Source: Negaprion brevirostris (lineage: Eukaryota). Taken from it: a stretch of 64,000 nucleotides of DNA. A model generated the notes under the pieces. The model searched no databases. It saw nothing but the letters and a program-made list of their open reading frames with translations, and was not told the origin of the DNA. Below, in pieces: positions 38,003 to 52,359 of the stretch (position 1 is the first letter of the stretch; each line of letters begins with the position of its first letter). The position numbers and the translations under genes were made by a program. Location of the stretch: contig JARDVH010000149.1 in NCBI GenBank assembly GCA_030324005.1, positions 27,342,676 to 27,406,675 on the forward strand, written 5' to 3'.

Positions 38003-40191
38003 GTACAGTATAACTAACACACTTGGTCTTTTTCAGCTTCAGTTTTAATAATTTAACTTGATTATATTTATATTTTAATTTTCTGTATCCTAGAATCTCT
38101 CTTCTTGCTTTTAGCATATTTGCACTTGGGAAGTGATCTTGGAGCAATATGTCATACGGAGTAAATGTTAATGTTACCTCTTATTAGTGGTTTGAAAATC
38201 TCTGTAATTGGAATGTCTTAAAATACATTTAACATGAAAAATCATCAAGTAGCAAAGCAATTTTCTTTTTAAAAGGAATAACAAATTTTGATATTTTCAT
38301 TTCATATTTTGGATGCATTTTCTATTGTATGTGCTTGCATGGAATGTTTTGTTTAATTGCTAAAGATACAATTAGTACTGCAGCTACTTACCATTCCCAT
38401 TTGTTGGGGCAGGTACATGCTTTGAGGATTTGATTCTTATTGGATTTTCATGCATGTTTTCTGCTACTAGTTGACTGCAATCTATAAATCTATTTAGAAA
38501 TGGTGCCATTAATACTTAGTGGCAACAATAGCCCTGGATTATTTTTCCATGTCATTTATATGTACAAGTGAAAGTTGAAGTTTGATTTTTGATTTTTATT
38601 GATAAAATGTTTTTGTTTGAGGGATCATTATGACTTAGCTACATTACCATAGTTTCTGCACTTCAGGGTAATTAATTGTGTGATGTATTTTTAAGATGCT
38701 TTTGAGAATAGGGATGAGATGCAGTACTTGTTAAAATACAATTTTTGTTAGATTATAATCTTACATGGTATTGCTCACAACAGACCTGGAGCAGCATCAG
38801 TGGCTTTTGTAATCAAGTGGAACATTTTTAATTGCAACTGTTGGAATAACCAATTGTAGGGGGAAACATTTAACTGTTATTGAGGAAATGTATATTCATG
38901 TATACATGGTGATTGATGTTTTTTCTACTGATTTAACATTTTTAATTTGTTAGCTACTGTTTCAATTTCCTTGTTGAGGGAACATAAATATATGGAAATC
39001 AGGGGTTCAGTATGTTGTTCAGAACGTTTATTCATTGTGTGACTGAATGGCGTTGCTATGACGGCCATGAAGGACACGGGTGGGGGAGATCTTCCTGTGG
39101 GCTTTGTTGAGTGTGAACTCCCTTACTGAGCAACTGGAGGCTTTCCTAATGAGAACTGAGCAGCGGGAGGATAAAACTGGACCACAGTTGTAGACCCCCG
39201 GGTACAGACCTGCTTGCTGCAAGCCATGACTGCAGCTCGTCATTTGTTTTCCAATAAAGGGTTTATAGTGAAGGGAAACTGGCTTTCGTTGAATTACTAT
39301 ATAGGTGACAAGGAGATAAAAAAAGACAATTCTTTTTCTCTTTCCATACAACCTACAGAAGTTGAGAATCTTCTTGGGTAACGAAATGCAATTGTGCCTC
39401 TTCTCAGGAAACTTGAACCTTATGATACCAGTGGGGTAGGCTGGGCCCAATATACAGAATGCATGCATTGTTTCTTCTGTGCTAACAACATTGAAGGTCC
39501 TTCCTTTGGTCCCTAATAAAGGGTTTCTGGTGACAGGAAACTGGCCTTGGCTGAATAATTACATGGATAGTTTCAGGTTTTACCCCCCGACTGTGTTGTG
39601 TTTGGTGTCAATTTGCAGTGGGGGTAGGGATTAGGATTGGCCAACACCACTTTGTCTGATATTGAACACTACCTAGACATGATGCAGAGAGAAATATCAG
39701 GCAGGAATGCCTATTATTAAAAAAATGCCTAACTTTATTAAATATATTTAAAGCAATGAGGGAAAATAATCGCTATGATTTGTAACCATCATGTCATCAT
39801 CGCTGCTCATTTTCCTCTTCATGCACAGATGATGCTTAATACTTGTGGTGAAAGTGAAAGTTTACCTCATGGTCAGATTGACCAGGCAGTAGTTGAAGCT
39901 AAAGTAAAGCTTCATACAAGTTTCATGAATTTAGAAACAAAATGCCATTAAGACTCGTGTAATACTGTTTCCACTTTTGTGCATAGCTATGTTCTTGTTG
40001 CATTCAGGGAACTTTTTGAATATTTTCTAAGACCAGTTAAAGTAGTACTTTGCAAAGTAGGAAATAGAAAATAAGTTTCTTTGCACCTTCTGTGACTTGC
40101 ATTCACCCTGACCTTCCTAATTGTATATTTGTTTTGGTTGTTTTGATCATCGCCGTGACTTCAACAGTTATTTTTCTAATTCAAATAACAG

Positions 40192-40336
40192 AGATATTGG
40201 CCGAGGTTATGAACATGTACCAATTCCTTGCGTAAATGGAGTGGATGATGAAGCTTGTCCAAACGACTATAAATATGTTTCCCAAAATTGTGTTACTTCT
40301 CCAATGAACATTGACAGGAACATCACACATCTGCAG
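40192..40336 (+). CDS. EHMT1: EHMT1 exon (pre-SET)
   Basis: aacag|...cag|gtatgt, 145 nt; [48 protein letters not shown]. Confidence 0.97.
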
Positions 40337-40696
40337 GTATGTCCAAAACAAAAAGGAAACTTCAGTAATGTCAGTTACAGAATGTTGTGACATTAACATC
40401 GCCTAAAGACAGAATAAATAATTACAGAGTAAGGCAGTCTCATTATTATTATTATTTAAGGTCATGTGTTCAGATCCCTTAATGGTAAGTTTGTGAAGCT
40501 GAATTCAGTAGATTTCTAGATTAGTGCCAGAAAAGATTATGAAAGCACAGATTGTCATTCAAAAAAAAACTTAATGACCTCCTCAGGAGCAAACGTGACA
40601 TCCATTCCCAGGCTGGTCTATACATGACTTCAGTTCCACATCCTGGTTAACTTAATGCTCTCTGGGTAGCCAGGTATGGGTGATGGATTCCAGTAC

Positions 40697-41055
40697 CAAA
40701 GAACAGTACAGCACAGGAACAGGCCCTTTGGCCCACCAAGCCTGCGCTGATCACGTTGCTCAATCTGGACCAACCTCTATTCCACGCCTGTTCATGTGTC
40801 TATCCAGATAAGTCTTAAATATCGCTAACGTGTCAACCATCTCACTTGGCAATGCNNNNNNNNNNCGGACATCTCTACTGAACCTTTCCCCTCTTTCCAT
40901 GAACTTGTGCCCCTTTGTATTGTCATGTCTGCCCTGGGAAAAACGTTCCAACTGTTTGCCTTATCTGTGCCCCTCATAATTTTATAAACTTCTATCAGGT
41001 CACCCCTCGGTCTCCGTCTTTTCAGGGAGAACAATCCCAGTTTATTCAATCTACC
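40697..41055 (-). mobile_element. CR1 LINE 3' end
   Basis: Minus ORF LGLFSLKRRRPRGDLIEVYKIMRG; tail aaagaacagtacagcacaggaacaggccc. Confidence 0.9.
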
Positions 41056-44000
41056 CTGCCAACGTTGTCCACATCTTGTATATATTTAATATTCATTTTT
41101 TAAAAAATGATAAATTTGCCTGAGGGCAAGTTGGGAATGTGGAAAACTGTAAATCAGTCATAACCAATCATAAACTGACAAGGGACAATTTCCTACAGAC
41201 ATTGGAAGTTGGCTTATCCAGAAAATTATCAAAATTAAAACATATTATTGTCATATTTAGTGCTGGTAATTTTTCCATGACTGCAGTTATATCCAGAACT
41301 AAACTAAGCCTCAACGCTTGATTTCAGCACATCATCTTTCTGACTCTTTCCAATTCAAGTGGTGCCCTGCAGCGTGGCCCTTAGCTTTTCACTTGCATCT
41401 AAAAGCAAAAAAGTAGGCAGGAAAGTGTATTTTCTTTTTACTGAGTTTAATGTCAATTGTACTAGCACAAAATTCTTAAAAGGTGTTACGTGACAAAGAA
41501 AGGTCATCTTGCCTGTTTTTACCTTTAAGTATCAAAGGAGTGAGAAACGTTGAAGATCATTATTAGACCGATCTTAATAGTTTCTTAATATGATTGCTTG
41601 CCAGTTGGCCTTCACAGTACCCTGAATCTTCAAAGCTTGTCCCATTATTAGTGATTTTCCTTCATTGGAAAATGATGCCAAAGTTTTATGTCACAACAAG
41701 TGCACAAACAATTTTATCTTTTCATTGTTTGAAACAAAGTGGAGAATTGCACAGAAGCGCATTATTTTTTAATTATGACATTTTGAGCATAAAACAAAGC
41801 ATATAGTTTGGTGTTGAGATTCTACTTCAGTGCTCAAAAGATTAACTAAATCTTGGAATAATACTTAATGGAAAAGAAGTGACTTGATGGATCTTCCACT
41901 TAATCCAAGTTTGTCTATCACGTATATGTTGATAGGGTTTAGGGCTCCATTTTTGATATACATTATCATTTTGGCTGGCTAACTAAGGTTTTTGTTACCA
42001 TGCATTTGAAAAAGCCAACGGTTATTGTTTGATGTAGTTATTAATGAATTTCTGATTGGTCCTTTGACATTAAAATGGTACCTTTCAAAAGAAGCTTTAT
42101 TTGGCTAATAAAAATTATCGCATGGCAGTTCAGACACACAGTCAAAAATGTATAAATTAGAACAGTTCACCATTTGTTTTCCGAGCCATTGGTTGACACT
42201 AAATATATGACTGTTGATGTTTGATAGTATTTAGTTTTTGTGCTCTTGTAAGCTAAAAGCATGCCATTGTGTAGCCTTTTTATAAGGATCCCAATGATAT
42301 AGGAGTTACTGATCAATCTTTACCGCATTTGCCATTTTCATATTCCAGGTAATCATTATTGTACGAACATTATAGGCAAATTGTGTGTCCTTCCTCAAAC
42401 TGTCTAAAGATACTTGTTTTAGAAAGTGCTAGACTCTTTTGTTGTCATTCAGGGGCATTCTTCAGAACCATTTCCAGACAGGTGGGAAGGGGAGGTGTAA
42501 GGGGTAATATTGTGCTCTCATATTAAAACACTGCACAATGAATGTACCAAGAATAATGTGTAACAATGCTCACAATCTTTTGTATTTTTGATGTTTTTGG
42601 GAGCAAGTCGTAACTGTATCAGGAAGGATAGTTGTATCTTTGGAAGTGTAACAGTTGTAGTTGAGTTGAAGTTTCAAGATAAGGTAAGGTTCAAGTACTT
42701 GTGTGAAGGAATGTTCGACTTGGAAGTGTAAATCATTTGAGTAGGATTGGCTTGAAAAGGAACGAACGTTTTTGGAAAGGTTGGAGATTTGGGGTGTTAC
42801 CATAAATTCATGTTTATTTAAGTTTTTATAGTTTGTACTGTAGTGACAGTGTTCACAAACAATTGTGTGTATGTGTGTGTTGCGTGCAAGTAAATGTATG
42901 TGCTAATCGCTTTTACAATTATAGATTGACTCAAAGTGCATGCAAGATTTCTTGTGTCATTAATTCCTGATGCACAAGTCCCCCACAATCAACTATACTC
43001 AAAAAATATACCCTTTGATGCAATTGATGGTAATGGAGATTCACTGCTTCATGTGTCTCCTGAGCCATGACCTCTCCATTGGACTGTTAAGTGCATGAGC
43101 TGGTTTAAGTCTCCCGTCTCCTTGCTAGCAGTATGAACTTCTGTCATAATGCTGGCATCCATGATGCATGAGTTCAGTATCTTTTGCCAGGCTTCCATTT
43201 TGTTTAAATTGGAGAACTTTTTAAATTAAAGTTGAACCATCTATGTTTTCTCAAGCCTTTATAAATTTGTTGGAGGATGGTTAGAAAAATGTAGGGATTA
43301 TGTTTTCTTAAATCACCAACCAAAGGAGGACAGGGGGAAAGATGAAAAAAAGGAAGCATGATAAAGATCAGTTTAATGTTTTTCTCACCAAAATAGAGTT
43401 AAAAGCTTTTTACTATGGGACTTATTCCATTATACAGTGGCCATTGAACATCCTAATGTAACAAGTTGTATGGCACCTTTTTTAAAAATTTGTTGGGGGA
43501 GGTTGATTGACATATATTCCATGCAGTATTTCAATTCATTGATTTGCAGATTGTAACACTCAGCGTAAATGCTGTGACCAGCCTTGAGTAAATATTGTGC
43601 ATATACAAGGTTTCTGGTAAATTCTGTTTCCAGGAGTACTGCAATTAAATACAAAAGGGACGAAATCAGATCTTGCAAATCAACAATTGGTTTACAAAAA
43701 ACACAACTAAAAATTCCTAAACTGCAAATTTTGATTTTTTCATTCTGTTTTTTCAGTCTGATTTCAAGTTACTGTATCACTTTAACCCTTTGCTAATGCT
43801 ACAGCAACATTTACATGCCACATCCTAAATTCTGTGCTCGAATTTTTTGGTTTTCATTATATGTTTCAAAAATGCTTTTTTCCCATGCGTTAACTTTAAA
43901 TATAGGCTATATATTCAGTATTATAGTTTGTAATGTAAACCAGGGATGTGTGAAATCATTTCATTCAACTATTACATTATAGCCAACTCAAACATGTAGA

Positions 44001-45209
44001 ACAATGACTCCAATTGAGTCCTTAAACTGTAGCTAAAAAAAAAGGCAAATATTTAACATTCTTCTGAACTCAGCTATCTCACAAGTTAATGTTAGTCAAA
44101 GTAACTTATGATAATTGTCTTGATAACCATTTCAGTAAGTGACTAACTGTGTTCCAGAAGTAATGGCATCAAATAGGTGCCCTGAGAACCCATCCAGCGT
44201 GTTCATCTTACATTTATCTCCCTAACTGGAAAATATTCAAGGCCACTATTGCTTAAAAATTAAAATCACAGATATTGATAGCTGTAGTGTGTGCATGCGT
44301 GAATGTTTTTATGTTCGTTCCCCAGTGCTTTGGAGGAACATCAGTCTTCAGGGTTGTCTGCAGGTATGTGTTTTTAAAATTACATTTTATGTTAATTCTG
44401 TCTGCTACTGCAAATCTTCTTGTGATTTTACTTTTTTTAATAAAAGAAAATCCTCTGGGCAGTATTGAGGGGGGGGGGGTTTGAATTTTAGAGCAGTGTT
44501 TAGAATTAATGGAGACTCAGGTCTGTTCAGATGTATTGATTTACTTATGTGAAGTGACGTTTTAGATAGAAGTGCATTTGAGGCTCACCTCCAACATTCT
44601 TTGCATCGATTGGGCTCGGATTTCCCTGTGTTTCACACGGTTCCAGGAAATTCGGTCCGGAATCAAAAACTGTGGCCCAGAGAAAGAAGCCTCGTCAAAT
44701 TCAGATCAGTTGAGATTTCTATACCAGAGTTAAGACTATGCTTTCTAAGAAAGTCTTCAGCCCTCAAAAAGAGTGTTTTTCAATACTGTTGCTGCATTTG
44801 AACCTGTGCCTTTTACACTTGGCTAAATTTGAAACTTGTCAGGCAGGACTGATTTAATATGTGGTTATTTGCTTGTTGTGGCATTAAATATTGCTTCCCA
44901 GAATGCTGTTACCAGTGAATATGCTAAATTTAAAAGGAAAATAAAGATGTTTTTCTTCTACAAATAGCCAAAGTGTCTTTTATCAGATGCATGGTACCTT
45001 GCCTTAATATATGGTTTTAAAAATCATAGTGCAAAATCGATTTAAGCTAATACAAAGTTTGATTTTGATGACAGTAAGATGATATTTTTAATTGTGTATC
45101 AACCTCATTAGCATAGTTGATAGAATGCTTTATAGATTTAATTTTTGTTCAGTTACCTATCACTTTTGCAATCTTCATGAATAATTATTTCTCTTTAATG
45201 TGTGCACAG

Positions 45210-45287
45210 TACTGTTTCTGTGATGATGACTGCTCCTCTAATAATTGCATGTGTGGTCAACTAAGTATACGTTGCTGGTATGACCAG
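45210..45287 (+). CDS. EHMT1: EHMT1 exon (pre-SET zinc cluster)
   Basis: gcacag|...cag|gtaaga, 78 nt; [26 protein letters not shown]. Confidence 0.97.
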
Positions 45288-45738
45288 GTAAGAGAAAATA
45301 CTTTTAACTTGAGTAAAATTATTTACACAAATTCCCTTTATGGAAACTTAAATTATTTTCTGCAAGTGAAATGGCTGGTTCTGGAGCACAAGTCTTCAGT
45401 ACTACTGTCATGCTGTTGTCAGAACTCGTTGCCTTTGTTGTAACCACAACCGTCAGCTGTTTCTTGATATCACACAATGTGAATTGAATTGGCTGAACAC
45501 TGGCACCTGTGATGCTGGAGAATGTCACACAAGTTAATTTTTGAGGGTGCTGATGCTGCTTGCTATTGCTGAATTGCAAAACTCGCAATATTCTTTCAAG
45601 TGAGCAGAGATCGAAAAGTTATCTCTTTTTAAAAATTTGGCTGTGGAAAGTTTGCATTGTTGGTGTTGCCTGTCCTAATTTCCTATGAGAAGCTGGAGAT
45701 GTGCCATGGCTATGAGCCAAGGTCATCCTTGTGGTATA

Positions 45739-46094
45739 GGGAAGCCATGGCATAATGGTAGTATCACTAGACTAATAACCTACTGATCTGATAATCTCGA
45801 AACCCAGAGTAATGCTGGGACCTGGATTTAAATCCCACCAATGTAAGTGACAAAATTTGAATTCAGTTTTAAAAATCCGGACTTAAAATGATCACCATGA
45901 AACGATAGTCAGTTGTTTAAAAAAACCCATTTGGTCACGGTGTCCTTTAGGGCAGAAAATCTGCCATCCTTATCCAGTCCAGCAGACATGTGACTCCAGA
46001 TCCACAGCAATGTGGTTGACTTATAAATATCTTTGTAATAACCGAGCAAGCCATTCATTTCAAGGGCAATAAATACTGGCCCAGTCAGCGACAC
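45739..46094 (+). mobile_element. Second tRNA-derived SINE family
   Basis: tggcataatggtagtatcactagacta...ggatttaaatcccacc head; tail gggcaataaatactggcccagtcagcgacac resembles the 3' end of the CR1-group LINE. Confidence 0.7.
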
Positions 46095-47152
46095 GGTTAC
46101 AAGTTAGGATAGTGTATGGCTTGGTATGGTGGTGGTGTTCCCACATTCCTGTTGCCCTAGTCCTTCTAGGTGTCAAAGATTGTTTTTATGGCAGACGCTG
46201 TCAAAAGAGGCTACAATACATCCTGTAGATGCTACATACTGTTGTCACTGTGTGTCAGTGCTGGAGGGAGTGNNNNNNNNNNGAATGGAACAGCGATCAA
46301 GTTACCTGCTTTATCCTAAATGGTTTTGAACTTTTGGGAGTTTTTGGAGGCGCACTCATTCAGGCAAGTGGACGTATCTGAAGTGATCTGAATGGTGCTG
46401 AACATCGTGCAATCATCAGCAAACATCTGACCTTATAATGGAGAGAAGATCATTGATGAAGCAGCTGAACATGTTTAGCCCTAAGCTCTAGATTCTCTGC
46501 AGAACTACTGCAGCAATGTCTTGGGGCTGAGATGATTGGTTTCCTTCAACCATAACAATCTTCCTTTGTGCTAGGTGTGATTTCAATTCATGGAGAGTTT
46601 TATCCCTGATTCTCATTGATTTCAGTTTTACTGGTCCTCCTTAATGCCCCATTCAGTCAAATGCTGCATTGTCCTTGTTTGAAGCAAGTCTGTAACAATG
46701 TCTGGGACTGAATGGCCCTAGTGGAATCCAAACTGGGCATTAATGAGTAGGGTATGTCTTGAGTAACCGTCAGTTGATAGCACTTCCCATGACACCTTCC
46801 ATCACTTTGCGAGTGGACTGATGAGGTTGTGATTGGCTAGATTGGATGTATCCTGCATTTTGAATTGGGGACAGACAGCAATTTCCCATATTGCCAAGTA
46901 GATATCAGTGTTGACGCTGTACTGGAACAACTAAGGTAAAGAGTATAGCTGGTTCTGGAGCACGTCTTCAGTGCTATTGTCGGGCTCTTGTCAGACCCCA
47001 CAGTCTTCAACTGTTTCTTGATACCATGTGGAATATATCGAACTGATTGATGACTGGCACCCATGATACTGGGGAACTTCAGGAAGAGACCACAGTGGAT
47101 TATCCACATGACACTTCTGGCTTGCTTCAGTCTTGTCTTTTTGCAATAATGC

Positions 47153-47490
47153 TCCCTACAGTGCAGAAGGAGGCCATTTGGCCCATCAAGTCAGCACTGA
47201 CCCTCTGAAAGAGCAACCCACGCATGCCCGCTGCCAAGTCCTATCCCCATAACTCTCACATTTATGATGACTAATCCACCTAACCACATCTTTGGACACT
47301 AAAGGGCAATTTAGCGTGGCCACTCTACCTAACCTGCACATCTTTAGCCTGTGGGAGTAAACCAGAGCATTTGGAGGAAATCCATGCAGATACGGGAGAA
47401 CATGCAACTCCACACAGACAGTCATCCAAATCCAGAATCTAACCCACTCCCCTGGTGGTGTGAGGCAGCAGTGCTTGCCATTATGCCACC
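47153..47490 (-). mobile_element. HE1-like V-SINE
   Basis: Full reverse-complement copy from ccctacagtgcagaaggaggccatt to tgaggcagcagtgcttgccattatgccacc. Confidence 0.85.
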
Positions 47491-47530
47491 TTTAGATGTG
47501 CTGGCCTATCCCATCATTGAGGAGGGGGAT

Positions 47531-47740
47531 ATAGAATAGAATATCTACAGTGCAGAAGGAGGCCATTTGGCACATCAGGTCCGCATCAACCCTCGGACAG
47601 ATTATCTTACCCAGACCTCCTCCCCTGCCCTATCCCCGTAACTCATACATTTACCGTGGCTAATTCATCTAACCTACACACCTTGGGATACTAAGGAGCA
47701 ATTCTTACCATGGCCAATCCACCTAACCTGCACACCTTTG
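47531..47740 (-). mobile_element. HE1-like V-SINE 3' half
   Basis: ctacagtgcagaaggaggccatt...catggccaatccacctaacctgcaca. Confidence 0.8.
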
Positions 47741-50036
47741 TGTGCGGAGTCTCGTCCTCTGGCCAGTTGTTTAATTGTTCACCACCATGCGCAACTGAAT
47801 GGGACAGAACTGCAGAGCTGTGTCTGATCTGTTGTTTGTGGGATCACTTGTGTCAATCACATATAACTTACACGATTTAGAATGCCNNNNNNNNNNNNNN
47901 NNNNNNNNNNNNNNNNNNNNNNNNNNNNNNNNNNNNNNNNNNNNNNNNNNNNNNNNNNNNNNNNNNNNNNNNNNNNNNNNNNNNNNTGTGTCAATCACAT
48001 ATAACTTACACTTTTTAGAATGCCTGTGATGCATCTTCGCTAGGTTTGCAGCTCATTTTTAGTTATGCTGGTGCTGTTCTTGCACTCCTCCTTGAACCAA
48101 TATTGGCCCACTGTCTTGATGGTAATGGTAGAGTGAGAATATGCTGAGTCATGCAGTTAAAGATTGAAGTGAAACACAACTTTGATGCTGCTGGCCTACA
48201 ATGTTGCATAGACGCAGAGTTTTGATGCAGAAGATTTATTCTGAAAATAAATTTATAACCATTTATAATGGTGGCAATGCCACACAACATAACAGAGATA
48301 TCTTCAATACATAGGTGAGACTTGGTCTATTCAAGGACTACATGGTGATCACTTTATCCAATACTGTCATTGACAGATGCATTTCTAACAGATAGATTGG
48401 TGAGGTCAAGTAGGTTTTTGCCTTTTCTCTCAGTCCCTGTCACAAGGTCAATTTGGCATATATTCCTTTAGAGCTCTTTAGTAACGTTATCTTGCTAAGC
48501 TTGGTGACGAACATTGAAGTCTCATCGTGGAGCATCAAAGAGTGCATTGTTTCTTTGCTACTCTTGGTGTTTCTTAACAGTTGCGTTCAATATGGAAGAG
48601 TATTGATCCACCAGTTGGGGAAGGCAGTACGTGGCAAGCAGAAAGTTTCCTTGCCCATCTTTGACCTGATAACATGAGACTTAATGGTGCCCAGAGTCAA
48701 TGTTTAAGACTCCATGAGTTACATCCTCCTGACTGTATACCACTGTGCTTCTACTTCTGGAATCCTGTTATTAGTTTTTTTATTGAGCTGGAGGAAGGAG
48801 TAATTCATCTAAGACTTGACTGATGAGTCTTTTCACACTGGAAAAATAGTTGTGAGCTATGGAGTGTCGTACAGCTGGGTATCATCAGTTTATGTATGTA
48901 AGGCTGTATTAATACTGACTATTGACTCAAAATTGTGTGCCACCTGGATAACTTCAAAAGGGAAGGGATAGGAATAGATTAATTTTTTTTGAAAATTGCT
49001 GATTGCCATTAAAAGTACAATGCTATCTTTATGTTGCAAGTTAAAATTCAATCATAGAATCTTATTTTTTGCAGGGTACTGGAGGGTGAAAGTAAATTAA
49101 ATTTAAACAAATGTAATCCAAGGTTTTATGATGGGTTAGGGTATGATATCATGTAATATTAGTTTGGTTTGACTTGCTTTCTTTTTAATGGCATTTGGCA
49201 TCCATTTTGAAAAGTAAATTGTGTTTGTGAACATTTTAATCAACATGATCTTCATGTGGGGCAAAAAAACTGTCCTTTTTATTCTTATTTAAACTAAGAA
49301 TTGATATGAGTTGTTTCCATCACAGACATTTTAATTGTACTTCAGCGTAGGCTTTTGGAGGAATCTGCACATTGTGCAACATCATATATTGAGACTATAT
49401 AAACTCCTCAGTGAAACGAAAACAAATACCATCTTTCATAGAATCATACAGTGCAGAAGAGGCCCTTCGGCCTATTGAGTCCGCACTGACACATTAGAAG
49501 CACCTTTACTCCCACCTAATCCCATCTGCCAGCATACGGCCCATAGTCCTGAATGTTAGGATGGGCATTTGGCACATCATATGGAAAAATATTGGAGTGT
49601 TACTCTGCCTCAGTTTTTACCAGGTAAACTGACCAAATGGGCTGAATGTCATTCCAAGTAGATTTCAAGACAACTAATAACAGTGGAACATGGAGATGAT
49701 CAAGTTTTGCTTTTGGAACTGTTTTAATGCTAATACTTCCTTTAAACATGTGTTCCGACCAGACATTAGAGAGATCCAAAAAATAGATTTTGCCTTTCCA
49801 GTTATTTTGAATGGGATGACCAGCAAGAAATGTACTGAGTAAATTCAAAATCAGAAGTTGTTGATAATAGTGTTAAAGTACAAAATGTTTTAGATTTTGT
49901 GACTATTCCCATAACAGCACTCAAGATATTAACTGTTGGTAGAAGTGGATTAGGTAACAAAAGGTTAAAGCTGCTAATGTTTTTGTCAGTTACTCATCAC
50001 AATCAAAGAGAAAATTGTAATACTTTGTATTTTAAG

Positions 50037-50152
50037 GATGGACGACTTCTTCCAGAATTCAACATGCTGGAACCACCACTCATCTTTGAGTGTAACCATG
50101 CTTGTGGCTGTTGGAGGACATGTAAAAATCGTGTGGTACAAAATGGAATCAG
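50037..50152 (+). CDS. EHMT1: EHMT1 exon (pre-SET end)
   Basis: tttaag|...cag|gttagg, 116 nt; [38 protein letters not shown]. Confidence 0.97.
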
Positions 50153-50204
50153 GTTAGGCAAAGTTTGTTATATTTCTTGTGATATAATGTAAACCACATT
50201 GATT

Positions 50205-50760
50205 ATAAGATCGTAAGAAAAAGGAGCAGGAGTAGGTCATTCATCCTAGCGAGCCTGCTCCACCTTTCGATAAGGTCATAGATGGTCAGAATGTGGCTTT
50301 AATCCACTTGCTGCTCATCCCTCCATAGCCTTTAATTCCCTTGTTGAAAGTTAACTCTGTCTAGCTCAGCTTAGAATATATTCAATAATCCAATGTCCAC
50401 TACTATCTGTGGAAGAGGATTTCAAAAACTAACAGTTCTGAGAAGGAATTCCTGCTCATCTCTGTTTTAAATAGGAGATTCCTTATTTTTAAACTGTACC
50501 CTCTAGTTCTAGACTCACCCACAAGAGGAAACATACTTTCAGCCCACCAGAATCTTGTATGTTACAATGAGATTGCCTCTCATTTTTCTAAACTCTGAAT
50601 ACAGACGAATTTGCTCAATTTTTTCACATGAGGCAACCGCTTCTTTCCAGGAACCAGACGGAAGAACAGTCTCCGATCTGCTTCCAATTGAAATATATCC
50701 CCCCTCAACTGTACACAGTATTCCAAGTATAGCCTACACTGTTGTAGAAAGACTTCTCTA
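50205..50760 (-). mobile_element. CR1 LINE 3' end, degenerate
   Basis: taagatcgtaagaaaaggagcaggagtaggtcattc tail; collinear with 21049-21650. Confidence 0.75.
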
Positions 50761-52359
50761 CTTACATAGTATTCACATTACTAGCTAATAGAAAATTACT
50801 TCTATTTGCTCCCAAATTTGTGGTCAGCCTGTTTGGGAGACAATGCGAGTAAACATGTTTAAATCTTTTAGGTTCAAACTGCTATAGTTTCTCAATGTAC
50901 TGGGATGCAGATGTTAGCTGTCTTTTGTGCAAGATTGCTTGTAAACCACAACACGGTGCTTGAGTGTGTAATGATCTAAACTTGTACACTAAAGTTTGAA
51001 TGTCAGTTTTAACAAATATTTTACTTGGCCTGTTCCAAATGGGTGACTCGGATTATTGTCCATTAACTTTCTGAGAGAGGAAAGCAGTCTGGAGGATTAT
51101 TTCCTGTATTCATCAATAGATTGCTCAGATTGACCACATAGATGCACTGAAACAGAAATCAAGCTCCAATCTTTCAATGCTTGGTTTTCCACACACTGTC
51201 TAGTGTGAGAATCTGAAATTGCACCATGGGACGTATCTATTTGGACAACCGAGCAGTTGCCAGTTCTTCAACTGGGGCTGTCTATTCTGAAACCAATTCC
51301 CTGCTCTTTCCTTATATCTTATAGAATTATAAAATGTAATTCCCCACTTTTGATATTATATATCAGATTTTTTCATATATAAATTAAAGCATTAGTACAA
51401 ACAACAAACCTAATGGTGGAGATTGTGGCTTTTCTTTATTGTTGTTCTAGCAAAGAGCTGGTGCACACGAGAGCCAAATGATAGTTGTATCAAACTGTAA
51501 GGACAATATTGTGTTTAATCAATGCTGCAACTCTTCAGGGTGTATAAATGCAACCCCCCTTGTATTTAAATAGCACTGAGCAGCAGTTCTACAATCAGTC
51601 ACTCTCAAAATAATGCTCAGAACATTATTCTGATGCTCTGATCATAATGAAATCTAAGTTCTTTAGTCTGCCTAATAGTCTGCAAACTGAAATGCATCAC
51701 AGAGAACTAAGGTTTTTTTTCTCAAGCATAAAGAAGCAAAAAAATTAATCTCATCTTTTGCTACTGGCAGAGAATCAAATATCTACTTTCCCCTCAATTT
51801 GTCTGTGTCAAGAATGTAACATTTCCCCTTGATGTAATAATCAAAACTGTAGTTCTTAATCTCCATCATTGTATTGCATGATTCTCATAAAATTCTCATA
51901 CTTGAGTAACCTGTTTCATAATCATTATTTCTCATTTTATTATGTTTAGTTGCTAACAATAATTTTGCATGTTAAAATTGGTTTCAAACGGGTTAGCAAT
52001 GAACCGTTCAAGAAAAAAACAACTTTCAAACTACACGCCTTATGTAGCATCGGAAAAACAAGGTTTCTTTGAAAGCTAGCAGGTAAAATTAATGAGTTTT
52101 TTTAAATGGTAAAAAGGCTTATATTTAACAGTGTCTTATCACCTTCACATATGGCAAATTACTTTGAAATGCATGATTTATTATATGTGCTGTGGCTACT
52201 TTGCACACAGCAAGAATTTCTGAACAACATTGGGTTGAATGGCTGCTTAATTTGTGGCATGGACACTTGGCAAATTTTCCTGAAAATGTTAACTTTACAT
52301 TGCACTACCATGCTTACAATTTTTTCTTAGTTGCCTACTCCTTTTTGTCATCCTTACAG

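Larger units (their letters stand above)
45640..48760 (-). mobile_element. Degenerate CR1-group LINE (RT and APE relics) with nested SINEs
   Basis: Minus strand MFADDCTMFST near 46395-46428 (RT YADD box) and DFNVRH near 48505-48522 (APE motif). Confidence 0.7.

Noticed and set aside
39028-39468. 146-aa minus-strand ORF
   Set aside because: No domain similarity or protein-like composition; treated as a chance ORF
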